Of a stretch of 64,000 nucleotides of DNA, positions 30,871 to 50,999 are shown one piece after another. A program made the translations under genes and the position numbers. The DNA lies in the NCBI RefSeq assembly GCF_009914755.1, contig NC_060932.1. One strand, given 5' to 3'. Numbering within the stretch: the stretch's first letter is position 1; each line of letters begins with the position of its first letter. The DNA is from the human T2T-CHM13v2.0 reference genome, Homo sapiens. Under the pieces are notes generated by a model. That model was not told the DNA's origin. It worked only from the letters and a program-made list of their open reading frames with translations, and ran no database searches.

Positions 30871-31299
30871 CCAGCTGTACTGGATGGATACTGTAGGCAA
30901 GTGTAACATCATGCTAAGTATTTGTGTATCTAAACATAGAAAAGGTATAGTAAAAATACAGTATATAAAACACAAAAGTGGTATATAACGGTACACATGT
31001 ATAGGGCACTTACCATGAGTGGAGATCGCAGAACTGGAAGTTGCTCTGTGTGAGGCAGTGAGTGAGTGGTGAGTGAATGTGAAGTCCTACGACATTACTA
31101 TATACTACTATAAACTTTATGAATACTATACATTTAGGCTACACTAGTTTATAGAAAAATATTTTTCTTTCTTTAATAATGAACTAACCTTAGTTTACTA
31201 TAACTTTTTACTTTATAAACTTTAAAAAATCTTTAAACTTTTTGACTCTTTTGTAATAACAGCTTAAAACAAAAACACATTGTATAGCCATAAAAATAG

Positions 31300-31648
<349 letters not shown>

Positions 31649-33505
31649 ACTTTTTTCTATTTTTAATTTTTAAAAACTTTAAAAAAGGTTTTAAACATTT
31701 TAGTTAAAAACTAGGACACAAACCTATACATTATCCTAGGCCAACATAGGGACAGGATCATCAAGATGTCACTAGGTGATAGAAATTGCCAATTTCATTA
31801 TAATCTTATGGTACCACTGTGGTATATGCAGTCGTCCATCATTGACAAATGTCGTTATGCAGCACATGACTGTATATGCTTCTAATGGCTGTTTTCCTAA
31901 GTTGTGACTGGGATGAACTCATGCCTGGAAGCATCAGCGTTTTGCTTCATACAAGGATGATGTGGTGTAGTGGTTAAAACTTTTGCTTTGGCTCCAGCTG
32001 GGTCCAGCCCAGCTATTTACAGACTCTGTAAATGTTGGGGATATTACTGAGACTGTGTGTGTCTCAATTCCTTTATCCTTAACTGAAATAGTATGAAAAT
32101 TTTTAAGTTAATGTGCATGAAATACCTGTCTGGGCTGCTATTGTTGTACCTGCTGGGGTTTGCTAATGGAAGGGAATTTTCTTCTCTGCTAAGGTCTCAT
32201 GGCTGTGGATATCAGGACAGCCTTCCTCTCCCAGCCATCCAAAATCTCACTTAAAAACTCTTTCTCTGCCAGCATGAGTTGAGTCCACAGAGTGGTGAGA
32301 AAGGGTCATTCTAACTCTACTCCTCTGCCTTTGGGTCTTCTTTCTTCCCCTCTGTGTCTTGGGAGAATAGGAGGTGGGTGACCTGAAGGCCAGATTTCAC
32401 CCTTATTCCCAGGTTGTATGCCTCTGGCTTAAGTCTACCCATGTAGACAGAAATAAAAACTTACCTTTATTGTTTACCCTGGAAAGAGAAAAAATTGTCC
32501 TTAATCAGAGAAATTCATTTGCACAGAGGTGATGTCTGAAGCTGCAGGAGTGGATGGCATTGCCACTGGAGAGGGGGTGGAGAGAAAAAGATTTCAAACA
32601 GAACTTTGGAGGATATTATCATTTAGGAGTCATGGAGAAGAAAAATGTGCTATTGTTATCAGCAACAAGACAACATCATGATTACTAACAAGAACTTTAT
32701 GTCTTTTGTTCACCACTGTATCCTCAGCATTCATTCATTCAATTAACATCTACTAAATATAAACCACTATAATAGGCACTAAGCATATAGTAGTCAACAA
32801 ATTAGGCAAAAATATTTCAGCTCTTATGGAACTTGGACTATCGCAGACACTCAAAAAAATTTGTTGAGTGAATAACTAGTTGAACAAGAAACATGTCTGA
32901 GTGAATGGAACCTCTATTAAGTGCAAGCACTGCATTTTGCATTGTATGTTGATGGGAAATCTTTGCAGAGGAATAAAGATAGGAGGTGATTACTTGGAGC
33001 ATGAGTAGGACTTAGAGGAATAGAAAGAAGGGCAAATATGCTAGGCAGGAAGACAAGTGGATACAATGAAAGGACAGAGAGGGGTATATGCATAATGTCT
33101 TTAAGGAATAAAAAGCAGCTGGACCAGTTTTGGGGGAGCAATAGACTGGCTATAGAGAAGTAGAGAAGCAGAGAGTAGAGACAATGGGGCCAAAATACTT
33201 CAATTCCTTTATTTTGCAACACTTTATTTTTTTATTTTTATTATTATTATTTTTTTTTACTTTTTAATTTTCTTTTTTTTTTTAAATTTTTTTTTTTTTT
33301 ATTATACTCTAAGTTTTAGGGTACATGTGCACATTGTGCAGGTTAGTTACATATTTATACATGTGCCATGCTGGTGCGCTGCACCCACTAACGTGTCATC
33401 TAGCATTAGGTATATCTCCCAATGCTATCCCTCCCCCCTCCCCCGAGCCCACCACAGTCCCCAGAGTGTGATATTCCCCTTCCTGTGTCCATGTGATCTC
33501 ATTGT

Positions 33506-37354
<3,849 letters not shown>

Positions 37355-37393
37355 TCATTAGTTGATGCAGTTTCTTCCTAGTCTCGATGGTCT

Positions 37394-38410
37394 TTACATT
37401 TTGGCATGATTTTGCAGCGGCTGGTACCAGTTGTTCCTTTCCATGTTTAGCGCTTCCTTCAGGAGCTCTTTTAGGGCAGGCCTGGTGGTGACAAAATCTC
37501 TCAGCATTTGCTTGTCTATAAAGTATTTTATTTCTCCTTCACTTATGAAGCTTAGTTTGGCTGGATATGAAATTCTGGGTTGAAAATTCTTTTCTTTAAG
37601 AATGTTGAATATTGGCCCCCACTCTCTTCTGGCTTGTAGGATTTCTGCTGAGAGATCCGCTGTTAGTCTGATGGGCTTTCCTTTGAGGGTAACCCGAGCT
37701 TTCTCTCTGGCTGCCCTTAACATTTTTTCCTTCATTTCAACTTTGGTGAATCTGACAATTATGTGTCTTGGAGTTGCTCTTCTCGAGGAGTATCTTTGTG
37801 GCGTTCTCTGTATTTCCTGAATCTGAACGTTGGCCTGCCTTGCTAGATTGGGGAAGTTCTCCTGGATAATATCCTGCAGAGTGTTTTCCAACTTGGTTCC
37901 ATTCTCCACATCACTTTCAGGTACACCAATCAGACGTAGATTTGGTCTTTTCACATAGTCCCATATTTCTTGGAGGCTTTGCTCATTTCTTTTTATTCTT
38001 TTTTCTCTAAACTTCCCTTCTCGCTTCATTTCATTCATTTCATCTTCCAATGCTGATACCCTTTCTTCCAGTTGATCGCATCGGCTCCTGAGGCTTCTGC
38101 ATTCTTCACGTAGTTCTCGAGCCTTGGTTTTCAGCTCCATCAGCTCCTTTAAGCACTTCTCTGTATTGGTTATTCTAGTTATACATTCTTCTAAATTTTT
38201 TTCAAAGTTTTCAACTTCTTTGCCTTTGGTTTGAATGTCCTCCCGTAGCTCAGAGTAATTTGATCGTCTGAAGCCTTCTTCTCTCAGCTCGTCAAAATCA
38301 TTCTCCATCCAGCTTTGTTCTGTTACTGGTGAGGAACTGCATTCCTTTGGAGGAGGAGAGGCACTCTGCATTTTAGAGTTTCCAGTTTTTCTGTTCTGTT
38401 TTTTCCCCAT
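37394..38410 (-). CDS. L1 ORF1p, 338 aa, intact frame
   Basis: MGKKQNRKTGNSK..., coiled coil; ARR and YPAKLS motifs intact; REKG changed to REKA. Confidence 0.95.
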   Translation of the reverse strand: MGKKQNRKTGNSKMQSASPPPKECSSSPVTEQSWMENDFDELREEGFRRSNYSELREDIQTKGKEVENFEKNLEECITRITNTEKCLKELMELKTKARELREECRSLRSRCDQLEERVSALEDEMNEMKREGKFREKRIKRNEQSLQEIWDYVKRPNLRLIGVPESDVENGTKLENTLQDIIQENFPNLARQANVQIQEIQRTPQRYSSRRATPRHIIVRFTKVEMKEKMLRAAREKARVTLKGKPIRLTADLSAEILQARREWGPIFNILKEKNFQPRISYPAKLSFISEGEIKYFIDKQMLRDFVTTRPALKELLKEALNMERNNWYQPLQNHAKM

Positions 38411-39310
38411 CTTTGTGGTTTTATCTACTTTTGGTCTTTGATGATGGTGATGTACAGATGGGTTTTCGGTGTAGATGTGCTTTCTGGTTGTTAGTTTTCC
38501 TTCTAACAGACAGGACCCTCAGCTGCAGGTCTGTTGGAATACCCTGCCGTGTGAGGTGTCAGTGTGCCCCTGCTGGGAGGTGCCTCCCAGTTAGGCTGCT
38601 CGGGGGTCAGGGACCCACTTGAGGAGGCAGTCTGCCCGTTCTCAGATCTCCAGCTGCGTGCTGGGAGAACCACTGCTCTCTTCAAAGCTGTCAGACAGGG
38701 ACACTTAAGTCTGCAGAGGTTACTGCTGTCTTTTTGTTTGTCTGTGCCCTGCCCCCAGAGGTGGAGCCTACAGAGGCAGGCAGGCCTCCTTGAGCTGTGG
38801 TGGGCTCCACCCAGTTCGAGCTTCCCGGCTGCTTTGTTTACCTAAGCAAGCCTGGGCAATGGCGGGCGCCCCTCCCCCAGCCTCGCTGCCGCCTTGCAGT
38901 TTGATCTCAGACTGCTGTGCTAGCAATCAGCGAGATTCCGTGGGCGTAGGACCCTCTGAGCCAGGTGTGGGATATAGTCTCGTGGTACGCCGTTTCTTAA
39001 GCCGGTCTGAAAAGCGCAATATTCGGGTGGGAGTGACCCGATTTTCCAGGTGCGTCCGTCACCCCTTTCTTTGACTCGGAAAGGGAACTCCCTGACCCCT
39101 TGCGCTTCCCAGGTGAGGCAATGCCTCGCCCTGCTTTGGCTCGTGCACGGTGCGCACACACACTGGCCTGCGCCCACTGTCTGGCACTCCCTAGTGAGAT
39201 GAACCCGGTACCTCAGATGGAAATGCAGAAATCACCCGTCTTCTGCGTCGCTCACGCTGGGAGCCGTAGACCGGAGCTGTTCCTATTCGGCCATCTTGGC
39301 TCCTCCTCCC
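38411..39310 (-). promoter_or_regulatory. L1 5'UTR with internal sense promoter and antisense promoter
   Basis: CpG-rich; intact YY1 site CAAGATGGCCG near the 5' end. Confidence 0.85.
38859..39074 (+). CDS. L1 antisense ORF0, 71 aa, intact
   Basis: MAGAPPPASLPPCSLISDCCASNQ...TRFSRCVRHPFL* in a gcaATGg context; donors CAG|GTGTGG (38964) and CAG|GTGCGT (39049). Confidence 0.85.
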   Translation: MAGAPPPASLPPCSLISDCCASNQRDSVGVGPSEPGVGYSLVVRRFLSRSEKRNIRVGVTRFSRCVRHPFL

Positions 39311-39425
39311 TATTTTTTTATTTTTAGAGATGGAGCCTCACTCTGTCGCCTAGGCTGGAGTGCAGTGGTTCGTACAATCATAGCTCACTGCAGCCTCGAA
39401 CTTCTGGGCTCAAGTGATCCTTCCA
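39311..39425 (-). mobile_element. AluJ/FRAM right-arm fragment whose A-tail was the L1 target site
   Basis: gagatggagcctcactctgtcgcctaggctggagtgcagtgg...atagctcactgcagcctcgaac. Confidence 0.85.
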
Positions 39426-40387
39426 ATGAGGCTACTATTTTGAGCAACGGCCTTCTTCCATCATTTTCAAGGTCAACAAACTTGACCATCCTAGAATTTT
39501 CTGGTCAGTAAGAAAAAATGTCCCAAGAGGGAGCTAGCATCTGTTAAGCTTCCACTAAGTGCCGGACAATACATGAGGAGCTGTATACATACATATGTGA
39601 CCTATATTAATAGCTCTACAACACTTCTGTGCAACAAACATCATGTTTCTTTCTTTAAAAAAAAAAAAAAAATCTGATTATATATGGGTTGGTACAGGTC
39701 AGCCAGGATTGGTAAGAAATTCAATTTCCATTCTTGCTGGGGAGGACTAGGCCTCTTCCCTTCCCTTAGGAAAGCACTGTAACCTCAGGATTGACACGAT
39801 CCAGGAAAGAATCCCTGGGCTTTGATCCATTATTATTTATTAAGATGCTTATATTCTGTGCCTTCTCCCTTTGTCAGCTAGTGCCCGGGACATTTCCCAG
39901 CCCTCTCAGTCTCGAAGTGTTCAGTGTTAAATCCCCACCTGTGCATTAGGCACCTCCATTAGGCCTTCTGTCATCTTTTGGTTGTGAGCATTAGGGAGGA
40001 CGGAAAGTCTTATGGCCTGGGGCCTCTTGTGGAAGGTGAATATCCATATTGACTCTTTCTCTGCAAGGGCCCCTACAGGGACTTCTTGGGGATAGCCCCC
40101 TTCTAGATTAGACTGCCAAAGGCCCCTTTGGCCAACCCCAGATTCTCTCCATCTAGACTTCCCATGTATAAATGAAGTCTCCGCATCCTTCAGACTCCAA
40201 GGAATATGAATCTTGCCCCCCAAATGATTCTTCTAAAGACTCCTCATCTGGCTTAACAGAGGGAGGTAGGATCACCTCCTTTCCCTCTGCCATGGAAGGG
40301 TGACTCAAAGAGAAGGGAAATGACTCAATCCAAAGCAATTCTCACTGCCTGCCCCTACAAAGCCTCAGTGAATGTCTTACCGTCTTG

Positions 40388-41048
<661 letters not shown>

Positions 41049-41674
41049 TATATAGCCTGGAGTTGGGAGCCTGGCTTTCTCTCTGTGACCAAGGACTCTC
41101 TTTACTCTTTGGTCATGCCATCTTCAGAGCTCTATTTTATGTTCCATAGGCTTTCCCAGATCTTCACTCAGACAGTCTCCCTACGTAGTAGCATGATGGT
41201 GCTTTGGTGATGGCCTGTCTATTGCTGCTCTTTCTCAGCATTTTAATAGCTTGGAAGCCTGATTTAAGGTCATCCCTCATTCTACTTCTGAGGATTTTCT
41301 CTTGCTGATGCTCTTTAAAATCATCTGACTCAGTGGACTTTCCTAATCTTAAAAGTGATTAGTAAATGACTCAGAATACCAAAAGAAGAACATTCAGTGT
41401 AGAGGCAGAAGATTCAGTCCCAGTCTGAAGCTGATGCTAATTTGGGTTAATTTTGCATTGACTTGGGTCAGATGAGGGTGTTTTGTGCATTAACCAGGCA
41501 CTGGGACATAAGGCTATTTCCAGGAGTCATTGTCACTCAGTCTACATTTGGAATCCATAAGCTTTCAGTGAAATATTGCCTTTTTTACCAGGCTGTATGC
41601 AACCTTATGTTTATCCAACCCTATTATTGGACTGATAGCTAATGTGTTTGGTCATAGTAAAAAGACAAAGATTT

Positions 41675-42009
<335 letters not shown>

Positions 42010-42124
42010 CTAGAGCAATGGTGACAAGACGGTAGCAAGAAGGGATAGACTTTGTTAAATTTCTATTGTTTCATTGCTTATCTTTTAGACCTGTGTAAGA
42101 TATCCTAACTAAAGCCCTCATAAC

Positions 42125-42310
42125 CAACTAGTGTGGTAGAAAGAATACAGTCTTTGGAATGGGGCAGATTTGATTTTGAATAGAGTCCACCAATACCATC
42201 TATGTCATCTAGGACAAGATTTTACTCTCTCCAAGCCTTTGTCTTCTCATTAGTAAAGTGAGGACAATAATACCTATCTCGCCAGTTGTTGAAATGCCTA
42301 CCACCTAGGA
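42125..42310 (+). mobile_element. MIR
   Basis: tagtgtggtagaaagaatac...tcttctcattagtaaagtgaggacaataatacc. Confidence 0.65.
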
Positions 42311-42319
42311 GAGACTCGT

Positions 42320-42806
42320 GGACATGATGGATTAGCCTATTTAACATCCATTCCAAACTCCTTGTGGTGTACCCCCTTACTGCAGAGCTTACTTACTATA
42401 AGCTAAAAAGGCCATTTATCAGCCTCTCTTGCAGCTCAAGTTCTGGATGTGTTTTAGGTTCCATCAATTGCATGGACTCAAATAAGACCAAATAGGGGAC
42501 AGTGTTAAGGAGAGAGAGCTATTGGCAGAGAGTAAAATGCCTGTTTTGTAGACACAGTCTATGGCAGAGGCAATGTGACTCTGCTGTCAACAGCTTTGTA
42601 AGGGAGTGGCTTCCCGTAGCAGTGGCCATTTCCTGATGGTGGCAAAGGCAGTGTGATTCTGGGGGCTGAGGGTTGTTCCTGGATGTTTAGTGGGAACATT
42701 GCTGCTCCAGCAATTTTGTAAGCCATCTAATACCTGGTATAAATATTTTTTGTGCTTAAGCTAGTGATAGTATTAATAGTTTCTATCTAAAACTGTAACT
42801 GAAACA
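42320..42806 (+). mobile_element. LTR16-like ERVL LTR
   Basis: catccattccaaac...cagcctctcttgcagct...ataaatattttttgtgcttaagctag. Confidence 0.65.
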
Positions 42807-42839
42807 AACCGACTAAGCTATAGCTAGTCCTCCCCCTCA

Positions 42840-44330
42840 TTATGCCTACATATTTGCTGACATTATGCAAGATTCTAGGAAATGCAACAAGGAAGAGGGC
42901 ACAGTCCTTGTCCTTGAGGAGCTTATTGGTTTGTGGAAGAAACACATTTATAAGTAGATGTATTTTTAAATGGTCTAAGCACCATATGTTATCACAGTGC
43001 TTTGAGAGTCGAAGGATGAGGTAAATAACAATGGCTTTATGAGCTAGGACAGGCTTCAGAGAGATAGATGACGTTTTACAGAATCAAGAAGACTGGGTAA
43101 GAGATCATTAGATGGAAAAAACGGAGTGGTGAAATAAGAGAAGGGCATTTATAATTAAGGGCTCAACATTTGTAAAGGGGCAGAGATGTGAAAATGCTCC
43201 TGTGCTCAGAGAAGAGTGAGAAGCTTGGTGTGGCTGGGGTGTAGTATAGTGGGAGTAGGATGGGGGGAGATGGGTTTGGAGAGTCATGTTCTGACCAGAT
43301 TGTGTAGAACTGTATGTACCTAATTAGAGAATTTGAATTTTATCATCCAGTGAGAGTGAGCCAGCAGGAATTTTGAAGCAAAGGAATGAAAATAAACCTT
43401 TTCGTTGTTGCTGTTGTTCATGAGGAATACTCGGGCATTAGCACGGAGAATAAATTGGAGGTTGAAGGATGTTTACATTTAAGTAGTAAGCTGTTAAAAA
43501 AAAAGTGAGAAATGAGGGTGGCAGTAGTGATGAATTTGGAATATATTTAAAAAATAAAAATGTATAGGACTGGAGACCAGTTGGATTGGAAGGAGAGGAA
43601 AAAGAAGAACATGAGGTTTCTTGCCAGAATATAGGTTTCACTGGAGTAAGAACTTTGTTTATAGATTTATCTTTAGTACTGAGAATAGTTCCTAGCACAT
43701 CAATAATCACCAAATAATTCTTAAGTGAATGTGGTAAATGGTGATACTGTGGACTCTATCATCTTGAATAATGATGTTATTCTTGAATGTCTGCAGGGCC
43801 CAAGTAGGGACGTTCATTGTGCAAGTCTGGTGCTTCCAGGAAAGAACTAGGCTGAACGTATAAACTTAGAAGTCATCAGCATAGACACAGAAGTTAAAGC
43901 ATAGACAAAGTGTTCCAGGGAGAATATGTCAAATGAGGAGAGAATGAATGATACATTTCTGGGGCCTACCAGACCTTAAAAATTTGGCAGAGTAGAGGGA
44001 GCTTGTGAAGAACATTGAGATGCAAGGGCCAGCAAGGGACACTATCTGGGAGAGAGTGGTGTGTTAGAAAGGAAGGCCAGGAGGAACTTGTCGGTGTACA
44101 GCGTCAACTCTGTAGCACGAGCAAATGGGATAAAGACTTAAAACAGGCCATTGGATGTTTAAATTAGGAGGTCTTTCATCACTTTTGCTAATCCTATTTT
44201 AACAGAGTGATAGAGATAGGAGTCAGATTACAACAGGTTTGGCACTGAATAGAAGGTAAAAAATTAGAGATAAGTGTAGACTTCTATTTCAAGAAGTTTA
44301 GAGGCAAAGAGAAGGAGGCAAAAAAGCAAT
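42840..44330 (-). mobile_element. L2 fragments
   Basis: aggccattggatgtttaaattaggaggtc; ttagaagtcatcagcataga. Confidence 0.6.
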
Positions 44331-45003
44331 AACCACAGAAAACAAGACTCTCCTGTTTAGAAGTGATAGAAATCTACCCAAAATAGCTTAAGGATATAAA
44401 AAAGTGATTGGCTTACTTAACCAAAATATGTGTAGGGAAGGGATGCAGCTGGCCTTAGGAATGGCATAGCCATCTCTTGGTCTCTTCGCTCAGCTTTTCT
44501 CTATATTATAGTTTTATTCTCTTGGCAAATTTCTCCAGGAGGACTAGGCTACTGGCAACTTTAGCCTTCCGCTGCTACTTTACAATTAAAGAGAAAACAA
44601 GCTTCCCCATCCCAGCTCCAGTTGGAAAATTCCAGGGAAGAATTTCAACTGGTCTCATTTGGATCATATGAACATTCATTGAACTGATCACTATGGCCAA
44701 GGCCTTATCATTGGCTAAGCCTGCTTACTCCTAAACCAATCATTGTGATCTAGGCTGATGTGCTTCTGTAAGAAGATGGCAGCTCCCGTATGGAACACAT
44801 GTTGGATGGAAGAAGAGGTAAGGAGTAAGGAGAAAGAAGCAGGATGTATCAAATATGGCCATGGGGAGAATCACTATGAACAGAACACCTACTCCAAATT
44901 TTCTCAACTATAAGAAAGAGAAAACAGCACAGTAGGTTAAATGGTAAATGAAATGAGGGAAAATGAAGACAGTAAATGCAGATTTCTTTTTCTAAAAGGT
45001 TGA

Positions 45004-45315
<312 letters not shown>

Positions 45316-45924
45316 TAGGGTCATTTTTCTAGAGAGTGGCCTGAGCAGGTGATTTACCTCTCCCTTAGATTCTGAAAGTCCTCATAAACCACTCTAAGAA
45401 ACATACAATACAAGCAAAAACATTGTAATTACTGTGTAAATTCAGCTAGTCTCCACATTTGCTGGTGAAAAGGAGAAGTCTAGTGGAGAACATGATATTA
45501 AAGATACAGGAAAGGGAGGGTGTAGCAAGTTCTAGAAGGCGGCGTAGAAAGTAGATGTGGCCTTTCTTGGAGAAGACAGTCATCTTGTCTCTAAGAAAAA
45601 TACAAAGGAGGTATATGTAGATATTGATACAGCTTGCTAAGGCGTTACAAATATGTTTAGAGTAGAAGGAATAGAGGAGGAAATACTTTGTACTTCACAT
45701 AGCCTTTATCTGTGAAGCAAATGGCACAGACTGGCTTAAATGAAAGGGATGGTGTGGGGTGGAGTTAGGAATTTAAAGAGACCAGTGGAAATATCGAACT
45801 CCATGATGGAGGGTATGAACAAGAATAGCCTGGGGATAAAGTAAAGGATTTTTGAGCAGCGTGATGAACCTTTGATGATAAACCTGAGTCACTTAGGGGA
45901 AATGGGATGTTAACTAAACAATCA

Positions 45925-46165
45925 TAAAAGTTCACATTTTGTAACTCTTCCTGTAAGCTGAGCACCATGCTAAGCATTTCTCTTGTACTGCATCGTTCAG
46001 CCAGCTCAACCATCTATGAAATGGGTAGTATCATCTTCCTTTACAGATGAGGAAACTAAAACAAAAAGAGGGTCTTGCTCAAGTTCATGCACTTAGAAAG
46101 TGGCAGAGGTGAGGTCTGGTTTTAGGCCTCTTCGACCTCAGAGTCAGAGCTCTTACCTCCACAGA
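45925..46165 (-). mobile_element. MIR
   Basis: tttacagatgaggaaactaa...cttgctcaagttcatgcac. Confidence 0.75.
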
Positions 46166-46263
46166 ACACTTTTCCGCCGGTATCCACTCAGACATGTTCT
46201 GGTCCTGCCTCTAGTAAGATGATGCTGTCAGCAGGCTTCTAATGAACAATTTCATTTTTTCAG

Positions 46264-46860
<597 letters not shown>

Positions 46861-47251
46861 TTATGAACCAAATGAACAGATCCAGATGGTATAGTTGAAG
46901 GTACATGAGATTTAGAGTAGAGAACCCAAATTAGAAATGGATCTGCCACTTTTCAGCTCGTTTTGGGCAAGTTATTTAAACTCTGTGTACATCCTTTGGT
47001 TTTTTTTTTTTCCCCTTCACTTTTTAATATGGGACTGAAATATGCTCCTGGCAGGAATGTGTTAAAAATAAGAGATATTTTAAGTAGAGCATCAGAAGAG
47101 TGCCTAACATACAGTAGGTGCTCAAATCTTAGTTCTTACATTATTGAGTTATTCGTTACTAGGTGGATGCAGGAGGGCTGTTTGTCTTTACAAAGAATTA
47201 GCCAGTGGATTTGTGCTTTTATACCTTCTCTCCTAGTCATATAGACCAATA

Positions 47252-47772
47252 TTACCAAGTAGGGGTAATTTTTGCTTCCCAGGGGACATTTGGTGACGTT
47301 TGGAGGTAGTTTTTTTTTGTTTTGTTTTTGTTTTTTGAGAACGGGTCTCACTCTGTTGCCCAGGCTGCAGTGCAGTGGCCTGATCTCGGCTCACTGCAAC
47401 CTCTGCTCCTGGGTTCATGTGATTCTCCCACCTCAGCCTCCCGAGTAGCTGGAACTACAGGCATGCACCACAATGTCTGGCTAACTTTTGTATTTTTTGG
47501 TAGAGATGGGGTTTCACCATGTTGGCCAGGCTGGTTTCGAACTCCTGACCTCAAGTGATCTGCCCGCCTCAGTCTCCCAAAGTGCTGAGATTACAGGCAG
47601 GAGCCACTGCTCCCAGCCTGGAGACATTTTTGGTTGTTAACCAGCTGGAGGGGTGCTACTGGGAACTAGTGGGTTTGAGGACAAAAACGGCATTAAGCTT
47701 CCTAAATGCACAGGGCAGCCCCCCACAATAAAGAGATTTCTGGCCATAATACCAATGCTGAGAAATCGTGCT
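47252..47772. mobile_element. MER20 interrupted by an Alu
   Basis: ccaggggacatttgg...ggagacatttttggttg...tgctactggg...atgcacagggcagcccccc. Confidence 0.8.
47310..47618 (-). mobile_element. AluS (Sz-like)
   Basis: Reverse dimer containing gacctcaagtgatc. Confidence 0.93.
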
Positions 47773-48214
47773 GTAGAAGAAAACACTGCTGAAATGAAGC
47801 TGGCAGGGAGAAATGGTGTGGGGTGAGATGAAGGAGAAGATTTTTTCCCCTTTCGATATGTAACCCAGGTTCATCAGGTAGAGCTTAGAAAAGGCTCTGT
47901 CAGTGGAATACAAGCAGATAGGGTAAACCAGAAGAAGTGGCCTCAAGAATACTGCTGCCTCCTTTCTTTCTCACCACATTTGATGAAGGACAGTGGGGTG
48001 TATGTGGCAGCTAGCTGCTATTTACCTCTTTGTTAAGGAACATTGCCTGAGGACTCTGTGGTCAACATTGCCCGGTGTGTAATCAAGACTGTGACCACTT
48101 TTTCTGAACTAAAAATTGAGAATGAGTCAAGTATGAATCTATTTATAGGGACGAGCGGACAGGGCTTTTGAAATTCAGACAAGCCTGGAGTTACCAGGTT
48201 ATATCATTGGAAGA

Positions 48215-48805
<591 letters not shown>

Positions 48806-49589
48806 ATAATAAGATTATGGTTTCTGTATTAAAGATACATATTACTGTAGATGGAATTTAGGTACTGCACCAGACATAGGCTTCTTAAGAGAAGGGCCTT
48901 TCACTGTTTCGTTCACTTCCTGGCATTTATGCCAAAGAAAAACTACATAGATAAGGTTGGAGTTCTGAGAGAGGATTTTTGTTCTTTCTCTTTTTTTTTT
49001 CTTTCTTATTTTGCAAATGTAAATCATATGCAAGGGAGCCCAGCTTTTGAATTAACTGGCTCTCAGAATATAGAGAAAAAGTGAAATGTGTAGTTGAAAT
49101 TATTAAATGGTAGTTGGCAATTCTGATTAGATGTATTTTGGGCCAGTTTCAATAAACAGAAAGTTCTATCTTTCATTAACATAAAATTTGAAAAACAGGC
49201 CCCTGCTCCCAACAGAATGTTCCTGGTTTTTTGTTTGTATGGTTTTTGTGTCTTATCTCGGGGTGGAAAACTTTTGGCAAGGCCCTGTGATTCATTCATG
49301 GCTTATTTCTTGGAGTGAAAGTCTTTTTAGAAATGTAAATTTCTTCTGGGGCATGATTGACTACATTCTCTGTCAGGCTAAGTTTTACTATTTTTGCACA
49401 GCAGACATTCGATAAATATTTTTTGAAGGAATAGAAGAGGAGGAAGTTGTGAGATAATGCATGTAAGTGATTATCAGAGTGCCTGGCTCACAGTAGTTGC
49501 TCAATAAAAGAGAGTTGCCTGGATTTGTAAATGAGGAGGTACTATGAGTAAGAATGTTTTTTTAAAGTGTGCTGTGAATTCTGAAGAAG

Positions 49590-49930
49590 ACATGAGAGAA
49601 AAGTATTCTGAGGGTTCCTATGAATGCCTTTGCTTTCTTGGTAAAAGGAACAGACATTGATGGAATTGCCTCTACTCTCCTTATTCTTATGTTGAATAAG
49701 AATGTGATGCCCAAAATTGTGGCATGAAGTGACAGAGATGAGGCCCAAAGCCACGTGTCAATAAAGGCTGAATAGAAAGCTCAAAGGAGCTTGTGTTCCT
49801 GGCAGCATATTGGAGCCAGCATATTAGCCCTGATTTGTGATTATGTAAGCAGAAATAAAACCCCTATTTGTATAAGCCACTAGGTGTTGGAGTCGTCATT
49901 ATTTACAGCCAGACCTAATCCTAAGGATGC
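49590..49930 (+). mobile_element. Old MaLR/ERVL LTR fragment
   Basis: aaataaaacccctatttgtataagccac...tttacagccagacctaatcctaa. Confidence 0.55.
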
Positions 49931-50999
49931 AGCCCACATTAGACTCAGCACCACATCTGTACAACACCTCCTACCACTAACAGGGTGGCATCCTGAATGA
50001 AAGAGCAAGATGTTCCTCTATGTCTCCTTTATACTTGCTTTCAATTTTGTTTTTTAGCAAGTCTTGAGTTATATTTTTATTGACATTACACATAGGTTTA
50101 CCATTTCTTGAACTTACTTTCATCCTGTATTCTCACCCTGTATTCACCAGTGATAACTCATCAGTATAATATATTTAAAAGGAGGGTGATGTCCATACCC
50201 AAGTTCCAGGCCCCACTCAGCTGAGATGTTTGTCCGTGCCCCTGAAGGCCACATAAGTTCACAACTGGAACTGCCATATAGGCACTGAGGAAGCAGGTGG
50301 AGAATGTCAGCTCTGCCTGCAAGTGCAGAGATGATCTATTCCAAGGGTTCTTTGGAGATACATCATAAATGTCTCAAGGAAGGTGGGTGAGCGGGATGCT
50401 GGGAAGGACAGGATATATCCTCTCTTTTCCCTCTCTCTCCTACATTAGAATTTCCCTATATTGATCTGAGTTGTATGACATACATTAGAAAAAAGGGTTC
50501 TATAACTAGAAAACTGTGATTTACAGATCAGTCAGATGAACACCATGGAGGCTAATCTAACAAGTATTTGTTGAGATCCGCTATCTATACAACATCATGA
50601 CAGGCAGGTCTGCACACTACACAAACCCCAGGATTCAGTTCCCCACACCACAGTGGAAATGCCACCTGGGAACTGTGCAAAAGGTAACCCAAACTGCCAC
50701 ATAGATGGGTAAGAGAGTTTTCTTACCTTAAGGCCCTAACGATTGTGTATAAGGAAGGAATGGAAAAGACCTCAGACACACTGTGGCAGTTGTGCAAGGC
50801 GGTGCAAGAGAAATAGAAATCAATTTTACATAATGGAAGTTTAAAGAGATGATAGGTTCAAAAAGGGGAGGTATCACAAATGTCTTCGTACTGGAAGTAG
50901 TAGTTAATATATGGACCTTGAAAGGAGTCTAGAGAACTGTGTGTAGATTAGTCTAGACTGGTGAAAGTGAGATCGATCTTTACTGAGTGTAGGCATAGG

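Noticed and set aside
33241-33300. L1 3' transduction
   Set aside because: Only A-rich low-complexity sequence lies between the 3'UTR and the TSD; no unique transduced segment
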